Assembly: GCA_963666485.2 (NCBI GenBank)
Contig: CAXXUO010000009.1
Span: 433,517 to 497,516, forward strand
Source of the DNA: Syntrophorhabdaceae bacterium
GTDB taxonomy: Bacteria > Desulfobacterota > Syntrophorhabdia > Syntrophorhabdales > Syntrophorhabdaceae
Direction of reading: 5' to 3'
Length of the DNA stretch: 64,000 nt
Positions within the stretch are counted from its first letter, which is position 1. Each line of letters opens with the position of its first letter. This document shows, one piece after another, positions 14,215 to 24,589 of the stretch. The notes under the pieces were generated by a model, which was not told the origin of the DNA, searched no databases, and saw nothing but the letters and a program-made list of their open reading frames with translations. A program made the translations under genes and the position numbers.

Positions 14215-14519
14215 ATCGGTGTCTCCTTTGCTTTTATATACACCCAGTGCACTGACGAATAGAGATTGGCGGCGGTGATGAAGCGTAATCGCCGGAGGAA
14301 CCCCGCAATAACGAAAAATTATATCGCACTAAGGTGACATCATCATGGCACTCCCTTGCTTCCGGCACCGGCGAATCAGGACAGAAACGTGGTCTTGAGC
14401 CGGGCCATCCGCCTGGGCCGTTTACAAAACTCTATAGGTGTCATAGGTTTGCATTGAATGCCCGATATGGCTTAGCGGACCATCAACAACCACAGGCTTA
14501 ACTTCAAGGAAGGTGGAAA

Positions 14520-16991
14520 ATGAACGCAATACGGGTAAGGTTTCTCATCTGTTTGTTTCTCGCATCAATCATGATCGCCACCTACTCATCCGCCGCGAAT
14601 GCACCGGCCATCGAGGTAGGCCATGTGTATTATTTGGATGGAGAAGTCCTCCGCTATGTTCCCCAGGAACAGGACTGGGTCGCGGTGGTCAGGGACGCGC
14701 CCGTTACCACCGAAGACGCGCTTTATTCAGCAGACACCGGAAGGGCGGAAATCATCATCCCCAACGGAAGCCTGATCAGGATCGGGAATATCACTCAATT
14801 GCAGTTCACAGGTCTCAGTGCAGACCTGTCCGAAGCGGACATCGCCTCCGGCGTGGCACGGTTCTACAGTAGAGGCGCCCGTACGGTTATTAAGGCGACA
14901 AGTCCTTTCGGATATGTCCTGGCGAATCCCGGCACGGTCTTTGACTTTTACGTCGGCGAAAATTCTGTCGAAGTGGTCGCCATAAAGGGAACGGTCAGTT
15001 TCATCCACCTGGCGACAAATGCGCGGTACGATGTGGTGGCCGGGTCCCCATCGATCCTTGCGGACGCAAATCAGGTCTCGTCGGGTGAAGGAACAGTCGA
15101 TGCTGATTGGGACAAGTGGAATGCTGCCCGGGATAGTTTCTGGGCGGCGAGGTTGAAGGCAAGAGGCCGGTCTGCGGGATATCTTCCTCCCAATCTTGAG
15201 CCGGAGGCGTATGCCCTCGACGAGAATGGGACGTGGGAAATGGTCCCGTACCAGGGGAGGCAATGCTGGTTCTGGCGGCCTACTGACGTGCCTTCAGGGT
15301 GGTCACCCTTTACCAGGGGCCGTTGGACGGATTGGTACGGAGACCAGACATGGATACCGGACGAACCTTTCGGATATGTGACCCACCATTACGGCAACTG
15401 GGTCTATGCCAGGGACAGATGGTATTGGGCCCCGCCGGTAGCCGGTTTCAGGGTCGGCCTTTCCTTTCTCAACATAGCTTTCTTCTTCAGTCCCGGAAGA
15501 GTTTCATGGATTCATAGCGAAAGATATGTAGGCTGGGTGCCCCTGGCGCCAGATGAGCGGTACTATTCCAGGCGCAACTGGGGAGACCCTCACGAAGTGG
15601 TCGTGAACAACGTAAACATCACCCGGATTACCATCAATGTACGCAATTACGCCTATGCGGACCATGCCGTCGTGGTCCCCCAGGGCGACTTCTATAATGT
15701 GAAGGACTACAGGAACGTGCGCGTGGCCAACGTAAACAGGGCGACCATCAATACCTACCGTGCAGCCCCGGTTGTCGATAACACGGTGGTCCCCAACTAC
15801 ACCACAAACCGGCAACGGTACCAGTACGCCAACGTGCCCGTGAAGGAGAAGCCGCACAGCACTGTTATCAAACGGATCCAGCACAACGAAACGACCATTC
15901 GTGGTGCCAGGAAAGCGAATGCCGCCGTGGTGGAGCGGCAGGTAAAGTCGGTCAAACAGGGAAAGATCAATCGTGAGGCCAAGATAGGGCCACCGAAGAC
16001 CACAGATTATCTTGTTCCTGTTAATGAGGTTAACCGGCCGAAATCGGAAGTGAAACTGCAGCAGAAGGATCTCAAGCGCGCCGGAGGCACCGTCCGGCCG
16101 GCCCAGCCAGCTCAGGTTGTCGTGCCCCGATATGTTGCACCGGCAAAACCGGGCGGAAAAAAACAGGTGGTGGTACCTGAACACGTGGCGCCGGCACAGC
16201 CTGAACATCCGGGCCAGGCCGTTGTACCTGAACATGCAATACCGGCGAAACCGGGCCAGAAAAGCCAGGTGGTCGTACCCGAACATGCAACGCCGGTGAA
16301 ACCGGGCCAGAAGGAGCGCCCCGGCCAGGTCGTTGTGCCGCAGCATACGGCACCGGCAAAGCCGGGTCAACCCGGCCAGGTGGTCGTACCCGAGCATGTA
16401 TTGCCTGCACGGCCGACGCAGCCTGCGCCTCCCGGTCAAGTCGTTGTCCCTCAGCACGTGGCGCCGGCAAGGCCGGATCAGTCAAAAAAGGTCGTGGTCC
16501 CTCAGCACGTGGCACCGGCACAGCCTGAACATCCGAGCCATGCGGTGGTACCCGAGCACGTAGCACCCGCAGGGCGAGGTCAATCAGGCCAGGTGGTCGT
16601 ACCCGAGCACGCGACGCCGGCAAAACCGCCTCAGAAGGAGCGCCCGGGTCAGGTCGTTGTCCCTCAGCACACGGCACCGGCAAGTCCGGCCCAAGCACAA
16701 AAGGTCGTTGTCCCTCAACACGTGGCACCGGTGAAGCCTTCTTCACCGCCGCCGCCCGCTCAACCTCCGCGTCCGCCGCAGGCGCAGCAGCCCCCGGCTC
16801 CGCAACCGCCTCCACACGCGGCGCCGCCAAAACCTGCTCCACCGCCCCCTCAGGTACAGCCGCCGGCAAAGCCCCCTACTCCACCACCACCTGCTCAACC
16901 TCCTCATCCGCCGCAGGTCCAGCCTCCGGCAAAGCCCCAACCGCCCCAGCCCCCTAAAAAACCTGAAGGAGAGGGTGAACCAAAAAAATAA
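14520..16991 (+). CDS. Secreted FecR/DUF6600-like protein with Pro-rich repeat tail
   Basis: Signal peptide; GRAEI FecR-like region; Trp-rich GWSPFTRGRW..PFGYVTHHYGNW..GWVPLAP; VVVPxH repeats. Confidence 0.8.
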   Translation: MNAIRVRFLICLFLASIMIATYSSAANAPAIEVGHVYYLDGEVLRYVPQEQDWVAVVRDAPVTTEDALYSADTGRAEIIIPNGSLIRIGNITQLQFTGLSADLSEADIASGVARFYSRGARTVIKATSPFGYVLANPGTVFDFYVGENSVEVVAIKGTVSFIHLATNARYDVVAGSPSILADANQVSSGEGTVDADWDKWNAARDSFWAARLKARGRSAGYLPPNLEPEAYALDENGTWEMVPYQGRQCWFWRPTDVPSGWSPFTRGRWTDWYGDQTWIPDEPFGYVTHHYGNWVYARDRWYWAPPVAGFRVGLSFLNIAFFFSPGRVSWIHSERYVGWVPLAPDERYYSRRNWGDPHEVVVNNVNITRITINVRNYAYADHAVVVPQGDFYNVKDYRNVRVANVNRATINTYRAAPVVDNTVVPNYTTNRQRYQYANVPVKEKPHSTVIKRIQHNETTIRGARKANAAVVERQVKSVKQGKINREAKIGPPKTTDYLVPVNEVNRPKSEVKLQQKDLKRAGGTVRPAQPAQVVVPRYVAPAKPGGKKQVVVPEHVAPAQPEHPGQAVVPEHAIPAKPGQKSQVVVPEHATPVKPGQKERPGQVVVPQHTAPAKPGQPGQVVVPEHVLPARPTQPAPPGQVVVPQHVAPARPDQSKKVVVPQHVAPAQPEHPSHAVVPEHVAPAGRGQSGQVVVPEHATPAKPPQKERPGQVVVPQHTAPASPAQAQKVVVPQHVAPVKPSSPPPPAQPPRPPQAQQPPAPQPPPHAAPPKPAPPPPQVQPPAKPPTPPPPAQPPHPPQVQPPAKPQPPQPPKKPEGEGEPKK
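16112..16740 (+). repeat. 12 imperfect coding tandem repeats (17-20 aa, xVVVP[EQ]HxxP)
   Basis: Read from the translation. Confidence 0.9.
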
Positions 16992-17043
16992 AATTATATT
17001 GCTGGTTTTTCTGCGAGCTTTTGCCCGGTATGGGCCGATTTAA

Positions 17044-17337
17044 TTAAGACCCAATAATCACTTCATAAAACGCCGGGGTTGGATTACCTTCGAATAAGGG
17101 CTGCACACGTTTTCCGGCTTCATCGTGGGCTGGACTATTGTGCATATTCATGAAGGTATCCCGGCTCTCATGTTCGACGACGGCCGCATAATTACCGCCC
17201 TGCACCGGCTTGAGAAGCTTGCGGCTGATAAAGCCCGGCATTCTTGAGAACTCCTCGTTGGACCAGGAGAACCATTTTCGGAATTCATCATCCTTTCCTT
17301 CCTTGATCGGTGGAAAATTAATAATAGCGACAAACAT
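17044..17337 (-). CDS. Antibiotic biosynthesis monooxygenase (ABM) family protein
   Basis: 97 aa; GKDDEF..MPGFISRKL..H. Confidence 0.75.
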   Translation of the reverse strand: MFVAIINFPPIKEGKDDEFRKWFSWSNEEFSRMPGFISRKLLKPVQGGNYAAVVEHESRDTFMNMHNSPAHDEAGKRVQPLFEGNPTPAFYEVIIGS

Positions 17338-17416
17338 AACCGAATCCCTCCTTATAGATTGATTACGTCCAAACTATAGTATAATACGTCGATAAAAACC
17401 CGACAGGAAGTGACCG

Positions 17417-17761
17417 TTATTTTCGACCAACGAGGATCTTGTGAGCCCAGTGCCGAAGGGCAAGGATGGGGTGGCGCGTCAGCATGCGCGGTCCGGCGTA
17501 TCGCATGACGTCACGCACCTTTTCCCGCATGGCAGGTTTGTAGCAGTGTATGGAACATAGGGAACATACCGGTTTCCGTGGACGGACGGCACACTTATGG
17601 ATGCGCTCCGCGGCATAGTCAAGCAGTTCCCGGCAATCGGGGCAGAGTTCAGAGGCTGCATGGCGGTCCCTGCAGTAAATTGTGATCATGGCCCGGATAG
17701 TCCTGATCTCCCTTTCCAGACGAATTTTCGCCCGGGGTTTATTTCGCGCTTTATCCGACAT
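17417..17761 (-). CDS. Nitrous oxide-stimulated promoter (YgbA) family protein
   Basis: MITIYC..LCPDC..YA..R..C..KP.C..C..HCYKP.MR..MRYAGPRM..HP. Confidence 0.88.
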   Translation of the reverse strand: MSDKARNKPRAKIRLEREIRTIRAMITIYCRDRHAASELCPDCRELLDYAAERIHKCAVRPRKPVCSLCSIHCYKPAMREKVRDVMRYAGPRMLTRHPILALRHWAHKILVGRK

Positions 17762-17793
17762 TATTTTTCCCGGACACCCGCAATTGACATATT

Positions 17794-19245
17794 TTAATTA
17801 TATCCGCCCTGCTTCTTTTTTGTCGCCATCGAGAGGATTATGACGGCCGCGCTGAGACAGGACACGATGAGGACCACGTCATGAAGCGCCGGTATAGTCG
17901 AATGCCTGAGCAGTTCAACCGCATCAGGTTCTTTTGAATGCAGGATATCGCTATAGATCCCCTGCCTGATAGAAAAGACCGACCCGGTCATGGCCATGCC
18001 GATCGATATGGAGACCTGGCGCGTGGTGCCCATCAGCGCCGAGACAGACCCGAGGCGGGAAGGTTCGACGGCGCCCATGACGGCGCTATTGTTGGGCGGC
18101 TGGAATACGCCGACGCCGAACCCGAGAAGTGCAAGGACGGCGACGATCTCGGACAGGCCCGTAAAGAGGCCGAACCGCAACATCAAAAGAAAGCTTGCCG
18201 TGATCATGCCTGCTCCAACCACGGATGGCCATCTCGGGCCCAGCCGGTCAGAAACGAAACCGCTCAGCGGGCTTGCTATTAAAGTAGCGACCGGAATCGC
18301 GGCAAGAACAAGGCCAGCCCTCGATGCGCTAAGCCCGACCGCGTCCATGAGAAAGAACGGCATGATGACGGCATAGAGCGGCACGGTGAGAAAAAAAGCA
18401 AAAAACGCCGACATCGCGCAGGAAAAGGCCCGTTCCCTGAAGAGCCCGAGATCAACGATCGGCTCCTCGGCGCGGCCCTCCCATACCAGGAAAAAAATGA
18501 AGAAAATTACTGCAGCGCAAATGAGGACAATGTTCATGCCGGATGCCAAACCGTACGTCTTGACCTGTCCCATCCCGAGAAGGAGACATAAAACGCTGGC
18601 AAAACTCAGGACGGTGCCCGGTATGTCAAGCGTGATCTTTTTCTGCCGCACCTCGTCCTTTTTGAGAAGCAGGAAGGCCAGCGCGACGGCGAGGACGCCG
18701 AACGGTATCCGCGTGTAGAAGATGGCTCGCCACCCCAGCCAATCAAGGAGAAATCCTCCCGCGACCGGTCCGACAATAAATCCCAGCGAGACGGCTATGC
18801 CGAGCATCCCAAGGCCCCTCCCCATTTCCCCGGGAGGAAAAGCCTCCGTTACTATCGCCGTGCTGCACCCGATAGACATTGCCGCCCCGACCGCCTGGAT
18901 GATCCTGAAAATAACGATCTCCGGCACATCCCGCGCCACACTGCATAGCGCCATCCCGACGGTGAATATCACAAGTCCCGTGGCATAGATCTTCTTCCTG
19001 CCGATGGTGTCGCTCAGCTTCCCGAAGGCAAGCATGGACCCGCTGCTCACGATGATGTACACGAGGGTCACCCAGATGACAGTTGTGAGATCAACCCCGA
19101 ACACCCGGGTCAAATGGGGATACGCAATATTAATAATGCTCGCATCGAGGGTGGCCAACATCGTCCCGAGCGCCACCGTGATAAGCGCCTTCCATTTATA
19201 CTGAAAACGTTCCGCCGCCGCAGCCCCTTCGACCATTAGCCGCAA
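17794..19245 (-). CDS. MFS drug efflux transporter, DHA2 (EmrB/QacA-like)
   Basis: LDASIINIA.P, GKLSDTIGRK, GP..GG, WRAIF; many TM segments; start uncertain (ATG 19236 possible). Confidence 0.9.
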   Translation of the reverse strand: MRLMVEGAAAAERFQYKWKALITVALGTMLATLDASIINIAYPHLTRVFGVDLTTVIWVTLVYIIVSSGSMLAFGKLSDTIGRKKIYATGLVIFTVGMALCSVARDVPEIVIFRIIQAVGAAMSIGCSTAIVTEAFPPGEMGRGLGMLGIAVSLGFIVGPVAGGFLLDWLGWRAIFYTRIPFGVLAVALAFLLLKKDEVRQKKITLDIPGTVLSFASVLCLLLGMGQVKTYGLASGMNIVLICAAVIFFIFFLVWEGRAEEPIVDLGLFRERAFSCAMSAFFAFFLTVPLYAVIMPFFLMDAVGLSASRAGLVLAAIPVATLIASPLSGFVSDRLGPRWPSVVGAGMITASFLLMLRFGLFTGLSEIVAVLALLGFGVGVFQPPNNSAVMGAVEPSRLGSVSALMGTTRQVSISIGMAMTGSVFSIRQGIYSDILHSKEPDAVELLRHSTIPALHDVVLIVSCLSAAVIILSMATKKKQGGYN

Positions 19246-19506
19246 CGCCTCGATGCTCCGGCCCTCGGTTCCTTCCTGTTCCCGACGGCCCTGAATCGAC
19301 CCCGTTTCCGTATTCCGAGGATCACGTGGTGGAGAATGGCTGCTTCAATAAGGGGTTGGCACGGCATGGCGCAATCGTAGGGTTTTAGTAATGACACGAC
19401 ACTTCCTTAGGATGGTCAGATACCTATGGCTAGGTTATCGTTCGTCAAGCTATATGTCAAGTTTGGCCTGAAAGAGCGGGGGAAAGCCCTGAACCTGTCA
19501 CACGCG

Positions 19507-19803
19507 TTATCGGCTTTCTTCTGAAACAGGGTAACCGTGTGACCTGAGATCGTCTGCAACCGGTTGAGGGGAGAATGACCAGAATTCTATCTCTTTTTTT
19601 ATGGCAGGGTCATTATGGATAAAAATGAAACGATGATTGAGAAACGATCTGCGGATAATGATCGCTTCGATGTATGGACGCTTTATCTCAACATCCTGCA
19701 GCATTGTTCTCATCGCGACCCTGTCATCGCTTATCGTCAATTTCACGAACGGCCACGAATTCTGAATTTTCCCAAATCTGCTTCCACCCCTGTGCTCACC
19801 CAT
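19507..19803 (-). CDS. Hypothetical protein
   Basis: 98 aa ORF with RBS-like sequence. Confidence 0.5.
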   Translation of the reverse strand: MGEHRGGSRFGKIQNSWPFVKLTISDDRVAMRTMLQDVEIKRPYIEAIIIRRSFLNHRFIFIHNDPAIKKEIEFWSFSPQPVADDLRSHGYPVSEESR

Positions 19804-19928
19804 AACGTGCCCTTCCTTTCCCCGCTGCTTCCATTTCTCCTATACTTCCGCCTTTATGGGATCATTCTCAGGTTATCATAAACTAATCGCTAATCGTAGA
19901 AAAGATCTCCTGATATTTATGGAATTCG

Positions 19929-20037
19929 ATTCCCGACCACATTCGTATCCGGCGCTTGAGGAACTTGACGATACGTTAGGGAGTATCGTGGACACCTTCA
20001 CCAGAAAATACTGTTCTGCATAAAAAAGATCTTTTGC
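19929..20037 (+). pseudogene. 3' remnant of ADP-ribosylglycohydrolase gene (duplicate of ~11036-11146)
   Basis: ATTCCCGAC.ACATTCGTATCCGG..GAGGAACTTGACGATACGTT..TACTGTTCTGCATAAAAAA shared between both loci. Confidence 0.85.
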
Positions 20038-20105
20038 CGTCATTTAAGAGCTGCACCATCAAGGCCCGAGGCCCGGTGACAAACCTGGCCTTCGGGTGCT
20101 GCATC

Positions 20106-20133
20106 TTGACATTCATGTTATATCAGTTATACT
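20106..20133 (+). promoter_or_regulatory. Sigma70 promoter of the phd-PIN operon
   Basis: TTGACA-N16-TATACT. Confidence 0.65.
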
Positions 20134-20171
20134 AATCGATGTAATTGTGTCAACTATATGAGGTGAGTCAG

Positions 20172-20450
20172 ATGATCAAGAAACTCCCCGCCTTAAAGGC
20201 CAGACAGAATCTCGGCCAGATTATGAACGAGGTATCCATAAAAGGTGATGATTACATCATCGAGAGGGCGGGCAAACCACTGGTTGCCATCATCTCTATC
20301 GACAAGTATCAAACGATACAACAGGATAGAAAAGAGGCGCTGGAAGCGCTCACCGATGTCTGGGGAAAAATGGCGGAAGTAGATCCGGACGTGATCGAAG
20401 ACGCCATCACAAAGGCGGTCCGGGCGGTAAGAAGTAAACACCGCGCATGA
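20172..20450 (+). CDS. Phd/YefM-family antitoxin
   Basis: KARQNLGQIMNEV..YIIERAGKPLVA; GAGG RBS. Confidence 0.88.
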   Translation: MIKKLPALKARQNLGQIMNEVSIKGDDYIIERAGKPLVAIISIDKYQTIQQDRKEALEALTDVWGKMAEVDPDVIEDAITKAVRAVRSKHRA

Positions 20451-20878
20451 CAAGGATTGTCCTCGATACAAACCTGTTTATAAGCGCCTTTCTTTCACCC
20501 CGGGGCAAACCGGCGAGCATCCTTGCAATGTGCGTCAGCGGAGAAATGGACCTGCTGATCTCCCCCGCCATCTTGAAAGAGATCACACTTGTTCTGGGCT
20601 ATGCGAAGATCCTGAGGCTCCTGAAGAAACAGGGCATTACCCGGATCTATATTGCAGAAAAACTGCAAAAGGTCATCAAGACCGCCATCATGGTGCCCGG
20701 TGATCTTACCGTGCACCACATCGAGTCAGACCCCTCGGACAACGACATTCTGGCTTGTGCCCTCGAAGGCCGGGCGGATTACATCATCTCCGGCGATCAT
20801 CATCTTACCGACCTGGGATCTTTTCAGGGCATCCCGATCCTCACCCCGGATGTGTTTTTGAACATACTTCATAGGTAG
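20447..20878 (+). CDS. PIN-domain (VapC-like) toxin
   Basis: IVLDTN..E..DPSDNDILACA..ADYIISGD.HL; ATGA overlap with antitoxin. Confidence 0.9.
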   Translation: MTRIVLDTNLFISAFLSPRGKPASILAMCVSGEMDLLISPAILKEITLVLGYAKILRLLKKQGITRIYIAEKLQKVIKTAIMVPGDLTVHHIESDPSDNDILACALEGRADYIISGDHHLTDLGSFQGIPILTPDVFLNILHR

Positions 20879-20960
20879 GACCCTCTCAGACAAAAAAACA
20901 ACTCCAGAGTATCCACGAAGGCAACCAGGTCCCTTTGTGTCAATCTCCTGCTGTCATATA

Positions 20961-21389
20961 TCAATGCCCGGTTATGAATCTCCGAATGGTCTTTTCTATA
21001 TACTCCGTCGGCAGCTGCGCGTCTTCGATCCCCCTGTTGATCTCTTCCGCATAGCCCTTGCGGGGCACACCTTCGCCCTCGACCGGATCCACATAGACGA
21101 GACATCTCACGGGGGAACCATGAATCTCCACATCCGGGTATTCCTTCACGTACGCGCCGCCCTTCACCCCTTCGTAACGGTCCAAGAATCTCTCATCCGA
21201 ATCCGATATTTCATAAACGAGACCATACACGGCATCTAACGGTGACTTAATTATATTGGCGTACCCCCGGGCGGAGATGATCCACCGATATCCCGACAGG
21301 GTCCCCTTGCCGATCACACGGTGGTCAGGGCACCTCCTGTCCATTTGCCGCCGGCACATGTTTGAACCATACGCAAAATAGAGGGTCAT
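20961..21389 (-). CDS. Gamma-glutamylcyclotransferase family protein
   Basis: LYFAYGSNM..LDRYEG. Confidence 0.88.
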   Translation of the reverse strand: MTLYFAYGSNMCRRQMDRRCPDHRVIGKGTLSGYRWIISARGYANIIKSPLDAVYGLVYEISDSDERFLDRYEGVKGGAYVKEYPDVEIHGSPVRCLVYVDPVEGEGVPRKGYAEEINRGIEDAQLPTEYIEKTIRRFITGH

Positions 21390-21841
21390 GTCGCTTGTTC
21401 TCCCTTTAAATTACTCAACCACTCGAGCGTCCTATGGTCCGGCTCCCCGTCGAAGTACTTAGCGAGGGCCCCGGCGAAAACGGATTCCGGACCGGTCACG
21501 CTCGCAAACAGCGTCATGCAGGACCTGAATTTCAAATCGTCAGGATAGTCGAAGATCTCGGATATTCCGCGTCCTTCGATGGCCAGGACCGCTTCCGTGC
21601 ACTCCGTGAGCCTCGTTTCGAGGATGGGGTGGTCGAGGTAGCGTTTCGCTTCCACGATGCTCTTAATGGCGTAAAACTCGCTCGTCCGCGTATACCCTAA
21701 CCCGTCGATCTGGGGGAAGATAAACCACATCCAGTGGGTCCTCTTTCTGCCGCCTTTCAGTTCTGCGAGGATTCTGTTGTAATTACCGGCCTGGGCGTCC
21801 ATGAAGCGGTCTATAAAGAACGGGTCGCTGTATGTCGTCAT
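21386..21841 (-). CDS. DUF1810 family protein
   Basis: RF..AQ..EL..GRKRTHWMWFIFPQ..DDLKFRSCMTLF. Confidence 0.9.
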   Translation of the reverse strand: MTTYSDPFFIDRFMDAQAGNYNRILAELKGGRKRTHWMWFIFPQIDGLGYTRTSEFYAIKSIVEAKRYLDHPILETRLTECTEAVLAIEGRGISEIFDYPDDLKFRSCMTLFASVTGPESVFAGALAKYFDGEPDHRTLEWLSNLKGEQAT

Positions 21842-21946
21842 AGAGGTTCGGTCACCGTCTGCTTCGGCCCATCGTTCATATCAGGTTCACCTTTTTAAGC
21901 CCCATCCGAGCTTGCCCAATTACGCTTCCTTCCCGGTTGGTGCGAA

Positions 21947-22393
21947 TTATCCCTCTCGCAACCTAAAGAGCTGAACCGCTTCTTTCGTACTCAACCTGGT
22001 CGGGTCAACTTTAATCCCGACCCTCGGAAGGTCTAACCTGTCCGCATCCCAACATGTCTGAATTGAAACGTCATCGCTTCTCGAACATGGTTTGTCATGG
22101 AAACGACAGGCGAAGATCAATTGGCCCAATTGTTTCCCGGAAACGTCCAGCATCCGTTTAGCGAATAGTTCCTGCACGAATACTGCCGCCCTTTCGCCGT
22201 GGCCATCATCGTCGGACTCGTCAACCCTTTTTGAGTCGTGCAGATAGGAAAACAAATACACCACTGTCAGGTCGGCCCCGTTATTTTTCCCGATGGCTTG
22301 TCCAAATTCCCAGACATGGTCCCAATGCCTTTTTCCATGAATAGAATCAGAACCCAGCCTGAATTCTTTTTCTACGAGACTTAAAATATCCAC
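21947..22393 (-). CDS. HD-domain phosphohydrolase
   Basis: HG..HW..LHD..HG..CWDADRLDL.RVG. Confidence 0.85.
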   Translation of the reverse strand: MDILSLVEKEFRLGSDSIHGKRHWDHVWEFGQAIGKNNGADLTVVYLFSYLHDSKRVDESDDDGHGERAAVFVQELFAKRMLDVSGKQLGQLIFACRFHDKPCSRSDDVSIQTCWDADRLDLPRVGIKVDPTRLSTKEAVQLFRLREG

Positions 22394-22428
22394 AGGCTAT
22401 TGTAACTTATCCCTTCTATGTTTCCGGT

Positions 22429-22677
22429 CTATACCTCTATTATTTCTATTGATTGCGGGCTGATCAGGCTTGGCGTTCGGTGGCTTCGTTGGTTGCTCAT
22501 GCGTATGCTATAGCCCTTTTTAAGATACGGTAAGAGTTCCTCAATGGTATTAACCCATATATAGTCTCTTTCAAAGCGGGTCATGCTTGCAACATATTTC
22601 CCGTCGCTATGTTGATGAGGATATAGTACTGCCCCACGGCTTTCCCCGCGTGTCACTGTATAGCGCAGCGTTATCAT
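22429..22677 (-). CDS. Small hypothetical protein
   Basis: 82 aa ORF with RBS, co-oriented with neighbours. Confidence 0.55.
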   Translation of the reverse strand: MITLRYTVTRGESRGAVLYPHQHSDGKYVASMTRFERDYIWVNTIEELLPYLKKGYSIRMSNQRSHRTPSLISPQSIEIIEV

Positions 22678-23000
22678 AGTGCGATCCCCAATGTATCGTA
22701 TTTATTTTGTAAATTTGATGTTTAGCACGATAACCAATATCCCAGTTTGGACGGTTCCCCGACCCGGGTATATCGCCTTTCGACGGGTTTCGTTTTTGCT
22801 GCACTCCATGTTAGCGATGAATCCGGAATGTCTCTTATATTTCTGCCTTTTAGTGGATCATGCTTAGCTTATCATAAACCAATCGGTCGCCTATCAGAAA
22901 AGACATTCACGAATTCAGGGGCGTCCCTGAACCCTCCAATTGTACCTCTTGAAATCATATCCCGATGGTTGCCTATTTGGTTACAGTTAAGTTCCCACTA

Positions 23001-23867
23001 TTATTCGTGGTACTCCCACGCTGTTTTAAATAATTCTTTTAGACCATCTGATGTCTTCGGATTATCTAATCTAAGCTGAATCGCAAAGGAATCGGCGCGT
23101 TTTTTCTTGTTAAATGCGATTTCGGCATTGTCCAAAAGTTCTTTTATCTTTTCAACGTTTTCATCCCCAACGCGAATTTCGAAGTGACAGTACGTTTCCT
23201 TCTTCTTGGGATGAAACCATGCGAAATTCTTTCTTGGTGTTCCGACCGCTATATGGCCCTTATTGTATGTGATTTTCGGGTTATATCCAAGCCCTTCGAT
23301 GTTCTTTACGGCCTGGTCAAAAATGGATATCGATTTGTTATTGGCTCGTTTCACCCAGTAAGACCGGTCGGCTTTTTCGGCAGCTTCCGTATCTTCTTCC
23401 TCGGGCTCTTCGTATACATCGAGGACTTTTGTAAAATTGAGGATAATCTTATCTTCATATTTGATTGCAGCGAGTTGAATGGCTATTATTGGAATTGATC
23501 TATTTAGCAACGAAATCACGTTGAAAAAACGATTGGTAATGTCTTCCGCTACAATGACAGCGACATGGTCCTTTGACAAGAAACGACGTCTTTCGATGTC
23601 CCAATATTCTATTGTTCGTATAATATGACTCTCATCGAGTGTGCCGAGCATAATCTCGGTTTCATACATGGTCTGAGCATCGGGATCTACCAACAAAAGA
23701 TCAATTTTGCCTCCAGAAGATTGTTTTTTTTCCTTCTGATATAATGTTAAATCGCCTAATCCTAAGATTGATGGATCTTCTGCAATTCTATCTTGCAGCC
23801 ATTTTTCATTAAGGTCAGGATGTTTCTTCAGGCTAATTATATCTGGTTTTATGTATTCAAGATTCAT
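23001..23867 (-). CDS. NucS/DUF91-like PD-(D/E)xK nuclease with C-terminal DUF5655-like domain
   Basis: EKWLQD..GKIDLL..YETEIMLG.LDESHIIRTIEYW. Confidence 0.7.
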   Translation of the reverse strand: MNLEYIKPDIISLKKHPDLNEKWLQDRIAEDPSILGLGDLTLYQKEKKQSSGGKIDLLLVDPDAQTMYETEIMLGTLDESHIIRTIEYWDIERRRFLSKDHVAVIVAEDITNRFFNVISLLNRSIPIIAIQLAAIKYEDKIILNFTKVLDVYEEPEEEDTEAAEKADRSYWVKRANNKSISIFDQAVKNIEGLGYNPKITYNKGHIAVGTPRKNFAWFHPKKKETYCHFEIRVGDENVEKIKELLDNAEIAFNKKKRADSFAIQLRLDNPKTSDGLKELFKTAWEYHE

Positions 23868-23997
23868 CTTCCTCTCCTCTCTGTTGATGAAATGCTCTCT
23901 GAAATAGTTTGAATAACGCCTATTATTCTAACCTTTTACCCTTTAAATAAAAGTATTTCAAGGCCAATGGATCGAGAAAGGGTGAGGAATGTGGTAT

Positions 23998-24345
23998 TTA
24001 TCTGGATGATCGTTGTACGAATTTATGAATCCCTCGGGCTTTTTTGTGGTCAAGGCCAAGGCGATATAGGTCATCTGGATGTATGTTTGCCAAGTGTTCG
24101 ATGCTTTTTATTCCGTTGTCTACTAATTTCATTACGGTCACTTTGCCGATTCTATCTATAGCCAGAAGCTTTCCGAGCGTGGCGCCGAGGCTAATGTTGT
24201 TGATTAACTCGAGTGTTTTCATTTTAAGGGAATCGAGTTTTGTAGCATTTGCGGGAATCGCAGATCTGTGAGATGACGTTCAAGGCCCAGACGCAGGTGA
24301 ATTTGAGATCGTCCTCCAGCTTGCCTACCTCGGTGTTGTATTCGC
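23998..24345 (-). pseudogene. C-terminal fragment resembling the HhH end of a Ski2-like helicase
   Basis: ISLGA..LLAIDRIGKVTVMKLVDNGIKS; frame extends upstream across an AAAA run; no helicase core present. Confidence 0.4.
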
Positions 24346-24589
24346 GGGTTAGTTGGTCGAGTTTTGTGCCTTTCGCGTGGCGGTGAGGTAGGTTGGACAC
24401 CCATAAGGCTCCTCCGCCTGTTGCTTCGGTAATAGATCCTTAGCCCAGCTTTTATCCCCTGGGTGATCAAATTTCAAGGAAAAAGGAATGCTATCAGAAT
24501 CTATTTAAAAACCTAAGAGGCCAGCCGATGATTAGTTATGTCTCGCGGTTCCGCGGATTAGTAACAACGCTTAGTAGCAATTACTTAAT

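Noticed and set aside
14346..14360. Sigma54 promoter TGGCAC-N4-TTGC
   Set aside because: Spacing is one base short of the strict -24/-12 requirement
15504..16940. Long antisense ORFs (317 aa, 265 aa)
   Set aside because: Shadow frames of the GC-rich repetitive sense gene
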